Shown here: piece by piece, positions 36,385 through 46,541 of the stretch
Numbering within the stretch: position 1 is the stretch's first letter
How the letters are laid out: each line of letters starts with the position of its first letter
Origin: Candidatus Nomurabacteria bacterium
GTDB taxonomy: Bacteria; Patescibacteriota; Minisyncoccia; Phycocordibacterales; UBA9973
Length of the DNA: 64,000 bases
Assembly: GCA_023898605.1 (NCBI GenBank)
Contig: CP060230.1
Location: 530,444 to 594,443, forward strand
Direction: 5' to 3'
Made by a program: the position numbers and the translations under genes
Notes under the pieces: generated by a model
What the model saw: the letters and a program-made list of their open reading frames with translations, nothing else
Told to the model about the DNA's origin: nothing
Databases searched by the model: none

Positions 36385-37527
36385 ATGAACTTTATCTCAA
36401 AAGTAAAAAACCTAAAAGGAAAAGTGGTAATACTTAGAGCGGATTTCAATGTGCCGATAAAGAACGGTCTAATAGTAGATACGTCTAGAATCGATGCAAA
36501 CATAGAAACTATAAATTTTCTCAAAGAAAAAGGTGCAAAGGTTTTTATAATTTCTCATCTTGGCAAAGATGGAAACGAGACATTGAAGCCAGTTTTTGAG
36601 TATTTGAAAAAAATATATGAGATTACTTTTTATGAGAAGATTCCAGAAAATAAAAAAGATATAACAGGATTGGTACTGCTTGAAAATGTTAGATCTTTTG
36701 ATGGAGAAATGACAAACAGTTTAGAGTTTGCAAAAAATCTTTCAAAATTGGCGGATATTTTTGTAAATGATGCTTTTTCTGTTTCTCATAGAAAGCAATC
36801 TTCTGTATACGCTATAACGCATTTCTTACCTTCGTATTTTGGACTTCATTTTGAAAAGGAAATGACAAGTTTGTCCGCAGTTTTCAAACCAGAAAGACCG
36901 TTTACTTTTATTATAGGCGGAGCCAAGTTTGATACGAAACTTCCTATTATAAAAAAGTTCTTGAAAATAGCCGATAGTGTTTTTGTCGGAGGTGCACTCG
37001 CGAACAGATTTTTAGAACTCAAAGGTTTGTCTATAGGAGAATCATTTTCTGACAGGGGAGATTATGGTTTGGAAGAAATAATAAACAATAAAAAGATTGT
37101 TTTACCAGAAGATGTTGTTGTAAAAGAAAAAAACGGAACAAGCTCACTCGTTTCAGTTTCCGGAGTTTCTTCTAATGGAGAAATTGTAGATATAGGAGAG
37201 ACAACAGTTCAAGCTATGAAAGATTTATTAGAAAAAAGTAAGTCTATTTTATGGAATGGACCTTTTGGAAAATATGAAGAAGGTTTTGATAAGGCGACTA
37301 TAGAAATCTTAAATTTTTTGAAAGACAAAAAAGACAAAAAAATAATAATAGGTGGAGGTGATACCGTGGCTGTAATTTCAAAACTAGGAATAAAAAACGA
37401 ATTCTATTTTGTTTCTATGGCTGGTGGAGCAATGATAGACTACCTATCTGGCGGGACACTTCCTGGTATCGATGCAGTCAAAAAATCTAATAAAAGATTT
37501 TTTATAAAAAAACTTTTTATTCGTTAA
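36385..37527 (+). CDS. pgk: Phosphoglycerate kinase
   Basis: RADFNVP N-terminal motif and a GGGD...GGGA C-terminal nucleotide-binding region. Confidence 0.8.
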   Translation: MNFISKVKNLKGKVVILRADFNVPIKNGLIVDTSRIDANIETINFLKEKGAKVFIISHLGKDGNETLKPVFEYLKKIYEITFYEKIPENKKDITGLVLLENVRSFDGEMTNSLEFAKNLSKLADIFVNDAFSVSHRKQSSVYAITHFLPSYFGLHFEKEMTSLSAVFKPERPFTFIIGGAKFDTKLPIIKKFLKIADSVFVGGALANRFLELKGLSIGESFSDRGDYGLEEIINNKKIVLPEDVVVKEKNGTSSLVSVSGVSSNGEIVDIGETTVQAMKDLLEKSKSILWNGPFGKYEEGFDKATIEILNFLKDKKDKKIIIGGGDTVAVISKLGIKNEFYFVSMAGGAMIDYLSGGTLPGIDAVKKSNKRFFIKKLFIR

Positions 37528-37943
37528 GAGATAGAATTTATTTTCTCAGCAATAGGCGCCAAATCTTCTGGTGATTTTTTAGTATGATGCCAAGGTTTTA
37601 GGCCGTCAGTTTCAAACCTTGGGATTATGTGTAGGTGGTAGTGCATGATTTCTTGCCCTGAATCTTTTCCATTGTTTTGAACTATATTTATCCCAGTTGC
37701 ATCAACGGCTTTCATTATTTTTTGTGACAAGTTTTTTGCGACGGGAAGTATTTTGGAAAGAGTTTCTTCTGGTGTTTCAAATATGTTCTCAAAATGTTTT
37801 TTTGGCACAACAAGAGCATGGCCATCGTTTATGGGTTCTATTACCAAAAATGAAACCAGGTCGTTGTCTTCATATATCTTGAAAGACGGGTATTCTCCGC
37901 TTATTATTTTGCAAAATACGCAATTATCATTGTTTTCCATATT
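37524..37943 (-). CDS. HIT-family hydrolase
   Basis: The HIT motif HYHLHIIP and CVFCKI. The start is taken at MENNDN; the ORF track extends further upstream. Confidence 0.75.
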   Translation of the reverse strand, partial: NMENNDNCVFCKIISGEYPSFKIYEDNDLVSFLVIEPINDGHALVVPKKHFENIFETPEETLSKILPVAKNLSQKIMKAVDATGINIVQNNGKDSGQEIMHYHLHIIPRFETDGLKPWHHTKKSPEDLAPIAEKINSIS

Positions 37944-38010
37944 TTTATTATAGTACAAATATGTTTTTTTGATAATTTTGCCAATTTTGAGAAATGATAT
38001 AATTGTACTT

Positions 38011-39648
38011 ATGTCACTAGACTTTATAAAAGATCTCCTGAAAAAGAGAGGTATAGTAAACAAAACTGAAATAGAGAAATTTCTAAACCCCTCTTATGAA
38101 GATAGGCATGACCCTTTTCTGATGAAAGATATGAAAAAGGCGGTAGAAAGGATAAAAAAAGCCATAGATAAAGACGAAAAAATAACAATATACTCTGATT
38201 ACGATTGTGATGGCATACCCGGGGCGGTTGTGTTTTCTGATTTTTTAGAAAAAATAGGTTTTTCCAATTTTGAAGTTTATATACCAGATAGACATGACGA
38301 AGGCTATGGACTAAATATGTCAGCAGTAGAGTCTATTTTAAAAAACGGAACAAAACTTCTTGTAACAATAGATCTCGGTATTACTGCAATAGAAGAAGCA
38401 CTTTTACTAAAAGAGAAAGGGGTTGATCTCATCATAACCGACCACCATGAACCCAAGGAAGTTTTACCAGAGTGTTTCGCGATACTAAACCCAAAGACTG
38501 ATGATTACCCAGAAAAGATGCTTTGTGGAAGTGGCGTTTGTTACAAGTTTGTAGAAGGATTTTTATCCAAATATGGAACTGAATATTCTGTCCCTAATGG
38601 TTGGGAAAAGTGGCTTTTGGATATGGTTTCTCTTGCGACGCTTTCTGATATGGTTCCTCTTTTGGGGGAAAATAGAGTTTTTGCAAAATACGGCCTATTG
38701 GTTTTTAGAAAAACAAAAAGACCAGGATTAAACGCACTTCTTTCTGAACTTTCTATCGACAAAAGATTCATAAGTGAAGACGATATAACGTTTATGATAA
38801 CTCCTAGGATCAATGCCGCTTCTAGACTAGATGATCCAATGATTGCTTTTAGACTTCTTTCAACCAAGGATGCAAAAGAGGCGATGCTTCTAGCAAAAAA
38901 ACTAAGTGAAATAAATGATACAAGAAAAAAACTCGTAGCCCAGACAGTAAAAGAAGCAAAAAAAAGATTGGCAAAAAGAGAAACAGGTAAAGTTATCGTT
39001 ATAGGAGACCCAACTTGGAGGCCTGGAATACTAGGACTTGTTGCTTCGAAGATTTCTGAAGAATATGGCAAGAGCACTTTTGTATGGGGAGAAGACGGAG
39101 GAGGTGAAATAAAGGGTTCTTGCAGGTCTTTTGGTGATGAAGATGTATTTACACTAATGGACAAAACAAAAGATTCTTTTGTTTCTTTTGGCGGACATAA
39201 GGGCGCAGGAGGATTTTCTGTAAGCAAAGACAAGATACATTTTTTAGAAGAAGAACTTTCTAAAAACTCAAAAAGAGGTGAAAACGAAACCGGTGAAGTA
39301 GAAAGTATTTTTGACACAACCCTCTCTCTTATAGATGTTTCTAGAGAAAGCGCAGAAATGCTTAGAAAAATGTCTCCGTTTGGTTTTGGTAATCCAAAGC
39401 CCATAATAAAGTTTGAAGAACTAAACTTAAAAAATCTTCGCAAGTTTGGTAAAGACAAATCCCACCTAGAACTTATTGTTTCTGATAAAAGCGGAGGTCA
39501 AGATAGAAAGGTTATTTATTTCTTTGCCAAGGATGACGATGTGGCAGCGCTAGAAGAAATAGATATATTTTCTCTCAAAGCTCATATTGACGAATCTTAT
39601 TACGGAGGGTCTTATGAACTGAGACTTAGGTACGTGTCTATTGACTAG
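38011..39648 (+). CDS. recJ: Single-stranded-DNA-specific exonuclease RecJ (DHH + DHHA1)
   Basis: DYDCDG, DHH (ITDHHEP) and GGHKGAGG motifs. The start is uncertain; the ORF opens at 37969. Confidence 0.8.
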   Translation: MSLDFIKDLLKKRGIVNKTEIEKFLNPSYEDRHDPFLMKDMKKAVERIKKAIDKDEKITIYSDYDCDGIPGAVVFSDFLEKIGFSNFEVYIPDRHDEGYGLNMSAVESILKNGTKLLVTIDLGITAIEEALLLKEKGVDLIITDHHEPKEVLPECFAILNPKTDDYPEKMLCGSGVCYKFVEGFLSKYGTEYSVPNGWEKWLLDMVSLATLSDMVPLLGENRVFAKYGLLVFRKTKRPGLNALLSELSIDKRFISEDDITFMITPRINAASRLDDPMIAFRLLSTKDAKEAMLLAKKLSEINDTRKKLVAQTVKEAKKRLAKRETGKVIVIGDPTWRPGILGLVASKISEEYGKSTFVWGEDGGGEIKGSCRSFGDEDVFTLMDKTKDSFVSFGGHKGAGGFSVSKDKIHFLEEELSKNSKRGENETGEVESIFDTTLSLIDVSRESAEMLRKMSPFGFGNPKPIIKFEELNLKNLRKFGKDKSHLELIVSDKSGGQDRKVIYFFAKDDDVAALEEIDIFSLKAHIDESYYGGSYELRLRYVSID

Positions 39649-39716
39649 AGTTTTGTTGTGTTCTTTTGATAGAGATTTTTGTGACAATCTTTTTGGTTTT
39701 TAGTACTATTTAGAAC

Positions 39717-40442
39717 ATGCAGGTTATCGATATATATACAGACGGATCTTCTCGAGGTAATCCTGGAAGGGGTGGCTGGGGGAGCATTGTTTGTATAAAG
39801 CCAAAAAACAAAGATGGAAATACAGACAAGATTGTTGAACTCGGAGGTTTTGAAGAAGCAACAACAAATAACAGAATGGAACTAACGGCAATAAAAGAAT
39901 CTCTTTCTCATATAGAAAAAAGAAAAATAGAAGGAGAAATAAATATTTTTACTGATTCAAGTTACGCACTCAACGGACTTTCTGGCTGGATGTATGGCTG
40001 GGAAAAAAATGGCTGGAAAACAAGCACGGGCGAAGATGTTTTGAACAAAGACATATGGCAAGAATTACTTGGGCTTTTTCTTAGAATAAAAAGAAAAAAC
40101 GGTATAAATATGAACAAGGTCAAAGGACATAGCGGTGTTCTTTTGAACGAAAGAGCGGATGATATTGCTACAATGTATGCCGACAAAGAACATGTCTTTT
40201 TGTTTACTGGTTCAAGAAGCCAGTACGAAGCCCTTTATAAAAACGAGTTAAAAGAGAAAAAAACAAAAACCCCAAATTTCAAAGCATACTCTTATGTATC
40301 TTTGGTCGGAGGAAAAGTTTTTATAGATAAAAGTTGGGAAGACTGCAAAAAAAGAGTTTCGGGAAAAAGCGGAGTACTATATAAAAAGTCCAGAAACGAA
40401 GAAGACGAAAAAAGAATAATTGAAGAGTTTCGAAAATCCTGA
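39717..40442 (+). CDS. rnhA: Ribonuclease HI with C-terminal extension
   Basis: IYTDGSSRGNPGRGGWG, TNNRMEL and HSGVLLNERADDIA. Confidence 0.8.
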   Translation: MQVIDIYTDGSSRGNPGRGGWGSIVCIKPKNKDGNTDKIVELGGFEEATTNNRMELTAIKESLSHIEKRKIEGEINIFTDSSYALNGLSGWMYGWEKNGWKTSTGEDVLNKDIWQELLGLFLRIKRKNGINMNKVKGHSGVLLNERADDIATMYADKEHVFLFTGSRSQYEALYKNELKEKKTKTPNFKAYSYVSLVGGKVFIDKSWEDCKKRVSGKSGVLYKKSRNEEDEKRIIEEFRKS

Positions 40443-41938
40443 TGAAAGATAGATATTTTTATCCTATATCTTTTGGTTTTATATTTGGAGTCTTTTGGGC
40501 TCCAATTTTTTTGAAAATAGATTGGTTTGATAAAGGTTTTTTATATTTTGTTTTTTCTTCATTTTTGTTTTTTGTAATTCTTAAAACATTTAGTTTCAAA
40601 AACTTATCTATTGGTATTTTTATAATAGCTTTTTGTTCCGGAGGAGGGTATTTTTTATATAGAGATGGAATAAAGTCAGAAGATTTATCTTTTTATGTTG
40701 GAAAAGATTTTTATGTAGAAGGAGAAGTTTCTAGTTATCCCGAAGAAACCACTAGAAAGAAAAAGTTTATTCTAAAATCCAGTGAGTATAGAACAAAGTT
40801 TTTAGTTTATGTAGAAAAAGATCAAGAGTTAGATTATAAAAATGAAGTTTTTATCGGAGGACAAATAGCTTTGCCAGAAAATTTTTTCAACGATTTTGGT
40901 AGAGAGTTTGATTACATAAGTTATCTCAAGAAAGATGGCATAAACTACATAATATATGCTGACGAGGTACAGATTTTAGAAAATGAAAAAGTATCTTTAG
41001 TTGGTTTTCTTTATAAAATTAGACAAAAAGTTACTTATAACATGGAAAGATTTGTAAAATCTCCAGAGAAAGGTCTTTTGTCTGGGATTATGATAGGTGA
41101 AAAAGGTGGAATACCTGACGATTTAGAAAAAGATTTCATTCTTGTTGGACTCATACACATAGTCGCTTTGTCAGGATACAACGTTAGTATTGTTGCGCTT
41201 GGTGTTGAAAAATTTTTCAACCTTATTTTTTCAAAAAGATTTGCGTTATCACTCGCGATGATTTCTATTGTGTTGTTTGTTTTGATGACCGGTTCTAGTC
41301 AGACATCTATAAGAGCTGGAATTATGGCAATTTTGGCACTTCTTGCGCTTTCTTCTGGATTTGAATATTCGATTACAAGAGGAATCTTTTGGGCTGCATT
41401 TTTGATGCTAGTTATAAAACCAAACCTTTTGTCTTCTGATATATCTTTTCAGCTTTCTTTTTTGGCAACTCTCGGAGTTGTATATATATCTCCTCTTATT
41501 CAAAAAGTCCTCAAAAGAAAAAAACTTGGTTTTTTTCTTACAATACTTACAACAACTCTCGCTGCCCAGATCGCAGTTTCGCCTTTTATTCTTTATAAAA
41601 TGGGGACATTTTCAGTTGTTTCTCTTCCTATAAATTTATTAGTTTTGCCCGTTATACCTTTTATTATGATTTTTGGAGGGATATTGGCATTTTTAGGTTT
41701 TCTACCGGTATTGGCTGAACCGATTGCCTTTCTGGGAGAAAAACTACTTTCTTATATTATTTTTCTTACAAAATATTTTGCCGATTTATCATTTGCGACT
41801 TTGTACATAGAAAAAATACCGGTTTTTTTGCTTGTCTTTTATTACATAGCTATAATTTTTTGGATTTTGAGAAACAGCACTAGTTTAGAAGTAGTGTTGC
41901 GAGACCTAAGAAAGAAAGAAAACCAAGAACATCTGTAG
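40442..41938 (+). CDS. ComEC/Rec2-like competence membrane protein (no MBL domain)
   Basis: A DUF4131-like N-terminus and a multi-TM competence domain. The MBL-type ComEC C-domain is a separate gene at 49379-50260. Confidence 0.55.
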   Translation: MKDRYFYPISFGFIFGVFWAPIFLKIDWFDKGFLYFVFSSFLFFVILKTFSFKNLSIGIFIIAFCSGGGYFLYRDGIKSEDLSFYVGKDFYVEGEVSSYPEETTRKKKFILKSSEYRTKFLVYVEKDQELDYKNEVFIGGQIALPENFFNDFGREFDYISYLKKDGINYIIYADEVQILENEKVSLVGFLYKIRQKVTYNMERFVKSPEKGLLSGIMIGEKGGIPDDLEKDFILVGLIHIVALSGYNVSIVALGVEKFFNLIFSKRFALSLAMISIVLFVLMTGSSQTSIRAGIMAILALLALSSGFEYSITRGIFWAAFLMLVIKPNLLSSDISFQLSFLATLGVVYISPLIQKVLKRKKLGFFLTILTTTLAAQIAVSPFILYKMGTFSVVSLPINLLVLPVIPFIMIFGGILAFLGFLPVLAEPIAFLGEKLLSYIIFLTKYFADLSFATLYIEKIPVFLLVFYYIAIIFWILRNSTSLEVVLRDLRKKENQEHL

Positions 41939-43139
41939 CTGTTGTTATAAAAATTGTTGCAGATGTTGCTGGGTCTTTTCCGATTTTTTTCATTATTAGA
42001 GGTATGATTGTTCCAAAGAAGGCTGCGACTACAAGATTGATTATCATCGCTAGGCCAAGAATTATTCCTATTCTGTAATCTTGATGTAGGAAAAATAGAA
42101 TTATAGAAACCACTACACCGTTTAGTATTCCGTTTAGTACAGAAGCGGTTACTTCGTGCTTTATTGCAGGAAGCGCATTTGAAAAGTTTATTTGTCCCAA
42201 TGCTATGGCTCTAACCATAACAGCGAGAGTTTGAGTTCCTGCGTTTCCTCCCATACCAGCAACTATTGGCATATAAACTGCAAGAAGAACATATGATTTT
42301 ATAGTTTCTTCAAAAAGCCCAACTATACTCGCTGCCAAAAATGCAGTACCAAGGTTTATAAGAAGCCACTTGTATCTAGATTTAAATTTTTTGAAACCAC
42401 TATCATAAACGTTTTCTTCGTCAGAAACACCAGCAAAGTCATAAAGTGACTCATCTTCGTGCTCGTGGAAAAGTCTTAGTACGTCGTCCGAATATATAAT
42501 ACCTAGAACTTTTCCTTCTTCTCCTAAAACTACTGCCTTGTCGTGAGGGTGTTTTCTGAAAAGACTTCTGACTTCTTCGTGCCCAGCGTCAGCCTTGATA
42601 GAAAGAATTCTTTTAGAGTACTTTTTAGCGGGCTCTCCAGGAGAGGCAAATCCCAACTTGTGACCAGGGATATAACCTGTAACAAGTGAGTTTCTAGTTA
42701 GAAGTATTGCAGGGAGTCTACCTGTTCTTTTTTCGTGTACTTTGCATTCGTTTGCCACATCACCTATTTTTGAGTTTTCGTCTATTTGTATATAGTCGAT
42801 GTTCATTATTCCTCCCGCTGTTTCAGACGGGAATTCTAGAAGTGTCTCTATAGATTTTTTTAAATCGGTTTCGAGAGATTCTATTATTGTTTTTTGCCTA
42901 GCTTTTGAAAGTATCTGAAGTACATCTGTTGCGTCGTCTGGATCTAGGTGGCTTATAAAGCCTAATATTTCTTCGTTGGATAGATCTTTTAAGATCTGGA
43001 AAAGAAGGTGTTTTGTTAGTATAAGAGATATTTCTGCTTGTTCGTTATGTGGAAGTGACAAGAAAACCTCTTTTCTTGGTTTATTCCCAAACCTAAGCTC
43101 ATGGAGTACTTCGTCGAACGGATCTTTTCTTTTGCTCAT
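41880..43139 (-). CDS. mgtE: Magnesium transporter MgtE
   Basis: MgtE N domain, CBS pair, and five C-terminal TM helices with MGGNAGTQ. Confidence 0.8.
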   Translation of the reverse strand: MSKRKDPFDEVLHELRFGNKPRKEVFLSLPHNEQAEISLILTKHLLFQILKDLSNEEILGFISHLDPDDATDVLQILSKARQKTIIESLETDLKKSIETLLEFPSETAGGIMNIDYIQIDENSKIGDVANECKVHEKRTGRLPAILLTRNSLVTGYIPGHKLGFASPGEPAKKYSKRILSIKADAGHEEVRSLFRKHPHDKAVVLGEEGKVLGIIYSDDVLRLFHEHEDESLYDFAGVSDEENVYDSGFKKFKSRYKWLLINLGTAFLAASIVGLFEETIKSYVLLAVYMPIVAGMGGNAGTQTLAVMVRAIALGQINFSNALPAIKHEVTASVLNGILNGVVVSIILFFLHQDYRIGIILGLAMIINLVVAAFFGTIIPLIMKKIGKDPATSATIFITTATDVLGFLSFLGLATLLLN

Positions 43140-43231
43140 AAGTAATATTATATTCTGAAAAAAGCTTCTAGTATAGTCTTCTGATGTAAAGAATCTTTGA
43201 CATTTGTCCCGAAAAATAATATATTTTTCTT

Positions 43232-43435
43232 GTGAAAGAAAAAGTAAAAAACAGAGTTCACGAAGAAAGAACCGCCTCTGGTATTACGCAAGAAGATCTT
43301 GCCGAAGGTGTTGGTGTTTCTAGACAAACAATTATTGCCATAGAAAAGGGAAACTACACTCCATCTGTTTTACTTGCATTAAAAATTGCAAATTTTTTTC
43401 AGAAACCTTTGGAAAAAATTTTTTGGTATAAATAA
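43232..43435 (+). CDS. XRE-family HTH transcriptional regulator
   Basis: LAEGVGVSRQTIIAIEKGNYTPSVLLALKIANFF. Confidence 0.8.
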   Translation: MKEKVKNRVHEERTASGITQEDLAEGVGVSRQTIIAIEKGNYTPSVLLALKIANFFQKPLEKIFWYK

Positions 43436-43438
43436 TAT

Positions 43439-43810
43439 ATGCATAAATACATAACAAAAAAAGAATTAGTATACGGAATATTGCTCGTGCTTCTAATAGT
43501 TTGTTTGATCAATCCACTTGATCTATATATGTTGGACATGTTCCACATGATGCTACTTGGAGCACTCGTTGCAGTGGTCGCGCTTTTTGCTGGTTTTGTT
43601 GTACATGAAAAGATAACAGATGAAAGAGAGTTGATACACAGGGATAGCGCCGGAAGAGTTGGTTTTACTATAGGTATATCTTTTATAACTTTTAGAATTC
43701 TTATGCAGAGTATTACTGGAAATCCATTAGATTACTGGCTACCACTTACGCTACTCGCGATGATACTCGGGAAGATACTTTCTAGGGCGTGGTCGAGAAA
43801 ATATAGATAA
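43439..43810 (+). CDS. Membrane protein co-transcribed with the XRE regulator
   Basis: Four TM helices. Starts 4 bp after the XRE stop. Confidence 0.5.
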   Translation: MHKYITKKELVYGILLVLLIVCLINPLDLYMLDMFHMMLLGALVAVVALFAGFVVHEKITDERELIHRDSAGRVGFTIGISFITFRILMQSITGNPLDYWLPLTLLAMILGKILSRAWSRKYR

Positions 43811-43889
43811 TTTTATAATGTAAAGAATACTTTACATTATAAATCATAACTGATATTATATTTTTGTAAAAATAATTTTTAAAAAACAT

Positions 43890-44387
43890 ATGTCAAACAA
43901 AAACATAATAATTGTAATATTGATTTTAGTAGCAGGATCACTTTTGATTTCTTTTTCCAACAAGAAAGATCAAGTGTCAGAAGTTGCAGATTCTTTTGTA
44001 GAAGAAAATGCGAGTCAGGATTCTATGGTTTTTGACCACGAAGGAGAAATGATGGAAGAAGGAGAAAATATGGTTTCAGAGGGAACTTATGAAGCTTATG
44101 ATCCAGCAAAACTTGCATTGGCTGAAGATGGAAAAGTAGTTCTATTCTTTCATGCGCCGTGGTGTCCTACTTGTTCGCTTCTAAACAAGGACATAGAGGC
44201 AAATCTTTCTAGTATTCCAGAGGGGGTTCATATATTAAAAGTAGATTACGATACTTCTTCAGAACTTAAACAAAAATACGGAGTAACTTACCAGCATACG
44301 CTTGTTCTGGTAGATAAAGACGGAAATATGATAGAAAAATGGTCAGGAGGAGATACGTTAGAAACCATACTAGAAAAAATAATATAA
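43890..44387 (+). CDS. Secreted thioredoxin-like protein (WCPTC)
   Basis: The HAPWCPTC active site with an N-terminal TM/signal. Confidence 0.7.
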   Translation: MSNKNIIIVILILVAGSLLISFSNKKDQVSEVADSFVEENASQDSMVFDHEGEMMEEGENMVSEGTYEAYDPAKLALAEDGKVVLFFHAPWCPTCSLLNKDIEANLSSIPEGVHILKVDYDTSSELKQKYGVTYQHTLVLVDKDGNMIEKWSGGDTLETILEKII

Positions 44388-44454
44388 AAATATTTTCCAC
44401 AAAAAGAATGTAAAGAGTACTTTACATTCTTTTTCTTTCGTATATACTTTTTAT

Positions 44455-46266
44455 ATGACAATATTTCTTATATCATTTTTGGCGGGAGCGCTTACGGTTT
44501 TGGCGCCGTGCATTTTGCCACTTTTGCCAGTTATTATAGGAGGATCTATCACCTCTGGAGAAGGGGAAAGAAAACCTTATACAATAATTACCTCTCTTAT
44601 TCTTTCGATCGTACTTTTTACACTTATCTTGAAGTGGAGCACTGCTCTTATAGGAGTGCCAGCCGAACTTTGGTCATATATTTCAGGAAGTATTTTGGTG
44701 CTTTTGGGTCTATTTATGTTTTTCCCCGGGCTTTGGGAAAAACTACCTTTTGTTTCCAAAATGAACATAGGAGGAAACAAGCTTGTAGGAAAAGGATTTC
44801 AAAAGAAAAATTTTTGGGGAGATGTGCTTATAGGAGCAGCACTCGGTCCAGTTTTTTCTTCATGTTCACCTACATATTTTGTGATACTTGCAACTGTATT
44901 GCCAGAGAGTTTCATAAGAGGACTATTTGCTCTTTTTGCATATTCTTTGGGTCTTGGAATTGTGCTACTTCTCATTTCTATAATAGGTCAAAGATTTGTC
45001 TCAAAGCTTGATATTTTGGCTAATCCAAGAGGTTGGTTCAAGAGGGGGATCGGCGTGTTGTTTGTGATTGTAGGTATATTTGTATTTTCTGGATTAGACA
45101 AGGTTGTACAAACTCGTCTCATAGAAGGTGGAGTTTATGGTAATCTTTCATCTTTTGAAAACAAACTCATAGATCAAACCATAAACAATGAAAAAGAAAG
45201 TACTGATATAGAAAAAACACAAGAAGAAATTATTTTTGGAGAAAATCTAACAGAAGAGTCACTCGGTAGATTTGAAGAAAAATCTAAAAAATACGATAGA
45301 TATGTCGAGATAGTAAATCCGTCTGGTTTTGTAAATACAGATGGACAAAGTATAAGCATCTCAGATTATATTGGAAAAAAAGTTATTCTTATCGACTTTA
45401 TGACTTATAGTTGTATCAACTGCATAAGAACGTTTCCTTATGTAAACGAGTGGTATGACAAATATGAAGATGACGGGCTAATTGTTATAGGTATTCATAC
45501 ACCAGAGTTTGCTTTTGAGAAAGATATAAACAACGTAACAGAAGCTTTGAATGACTATGGAATAAAGTTTCCAGTAGTTTTGGATAACGATTATTCTACT
45601 TGGCGCGCATGGGAAAACTCTTTCTGGCCGAGAAAGTATTTGATCGACATAGATGGTTTTGTGGTATATGACCACGCGGGCGAGGGCGCATATGAAGAAA
45701 CAGAACAAAAAATAATAGATCTTCTAGAAGAGAGAGCAACTGTACTTGGAGAAAGTCTAAGTATAAATGAAACACTAGTAAGTTCTGAAAAATCTACAAT
45801 TTCTGGACAAAGCCCAGAAACATATTTCGGATCAAGAAGAAATTCTGCATATGTAGATACAAACCTTGGTTCATGCTTGGTATTACTTGGTTGTAGTTTT
45901 GATTATGATGCAAATAATATTTCCCAGAACAAATTTGCTCTTTTTGGAGATTGGCAAGTTTTTCCTGAGTATCTTGAATCAAAATCGACAAATTCTGGTT
46001 TTGGATTCAAGTTTTATTCCAAAAAGGTATTTTTAGTCGCCGGACCAAGCACAACAACATCTGTTGCGAAAGTTTACATAGATGGAAACATAATTTCTGA
46101 CATTGATAAGGGTAAAGATGTAGTTTCTGGAGGTACATTGACCATAGATTCACAAAGATTATATGAAGTTGTTGATCTTTCTAGTGGTCCAGCTATACAT
46201 ACACTAGAAATCAAGACTACTTCAGGTGGAAATCTAGATATTTATACACTTACTTTTGGTGTGTAA
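44455..46266 (+). CDS. CcdA/DsbD-type thiol-disulfide transporter fused to a TlpA/redoxin-like domain
   Basis: N-terminal LAPCILPLLP DsbD motif with multiple TM helices. The C-terminal domain has CINC in a redoxin context. Confidence 0.65.
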   Translation: MTIFLISFLAGALTVLAPCILPLLPVIIGGSITSGEGERKPYTIITSLILSIVLFTLILKWSTALIGVPAELWSYISGSILVLLGLFMFFPGLWEKLPFVSKMNIGGNKLVGKGFQKKNFWGDVLIGAALGPVFSSCSPTYFVILATVLPESFIRGLFALFAYSLGLGIVLLLISIIGQRFVSKLDILANPRGWFKRGIGVLFVIVGIFVFSGLDKVVQTRLIEGGVYGNLSSFENKLIDQTINNEKESTDIEKTQEEIIFGENLTEESLGRFEEKSKKYDRYVEIVNPSGFVNTDGQSISISDYIGKKVILIDFMTYSCINCIRTFPYVNEWYDKYEDDGLIVIGIHTPEFAFEKDINNVTEALNDYGIKFPVVLDNDYSTWRAWENSFWPRKYLIDIDGFVVYDHAGEGAYEETEQKIIDLLEERATVLGESLSINETLVSSEKSTISGQSPETYFGSRRNSAYVDTNLGSCLVLLGCSFDYDANNISQNKFALFGDWQVFPEYLESKSTNSGFGFKFYSKKVFLVAGPSTTTSVAKVYIDGNIISDIDKGKDVVSGGTLTIDSQRLYEVVDLSSGPAIHTLEIKTTSGGNLDIYTLTFGV

Positions 46267-46345
46267 AAACTATGCATATATTAGAGAACTGATTGATATA
46301 ATAGTATTATCGGGTCGTTTATAAAAAAATAATCTTTCTTTAAGT

Positions 46346-46492
46346 ATGACAATGGATGAACTAAAAGAGTCTTGTTCTTGTGGCAGTGAAAAGCCGTCCG
46401 GCAACTGTTGCAATAGCGAGCACCCCTGCCCGTGTGGTGGTGGAAAACCAGTATCTTCCTGTTGTATAAAGGGAAGTGCGTCCCAAGAATAA
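46346..46492 (+). CDS. 48-aa Cys-rich peptide (MTMDELKESCSCGSEKPSGNCCNSEHPCPCGGGKPVSSCCIKGSASQE), metallothionein-like
   Basis: This uninterrupted ORF is below the 60-aa track cutoff. It has 9 Cys in 48 residues arranged as C.C / CC / C.C / CC pairs. Confidence 0.4.
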   Translation: MTMDELKESCSCGSEKPSGNCCNSEHPCPCGGGKPVSSCCIKGSASQE

Positions 46493-46541
46493 ATTATTAG
46501 AAATTAATTTAGAATCAAAAAAGATTCTTTAATATTATCAA

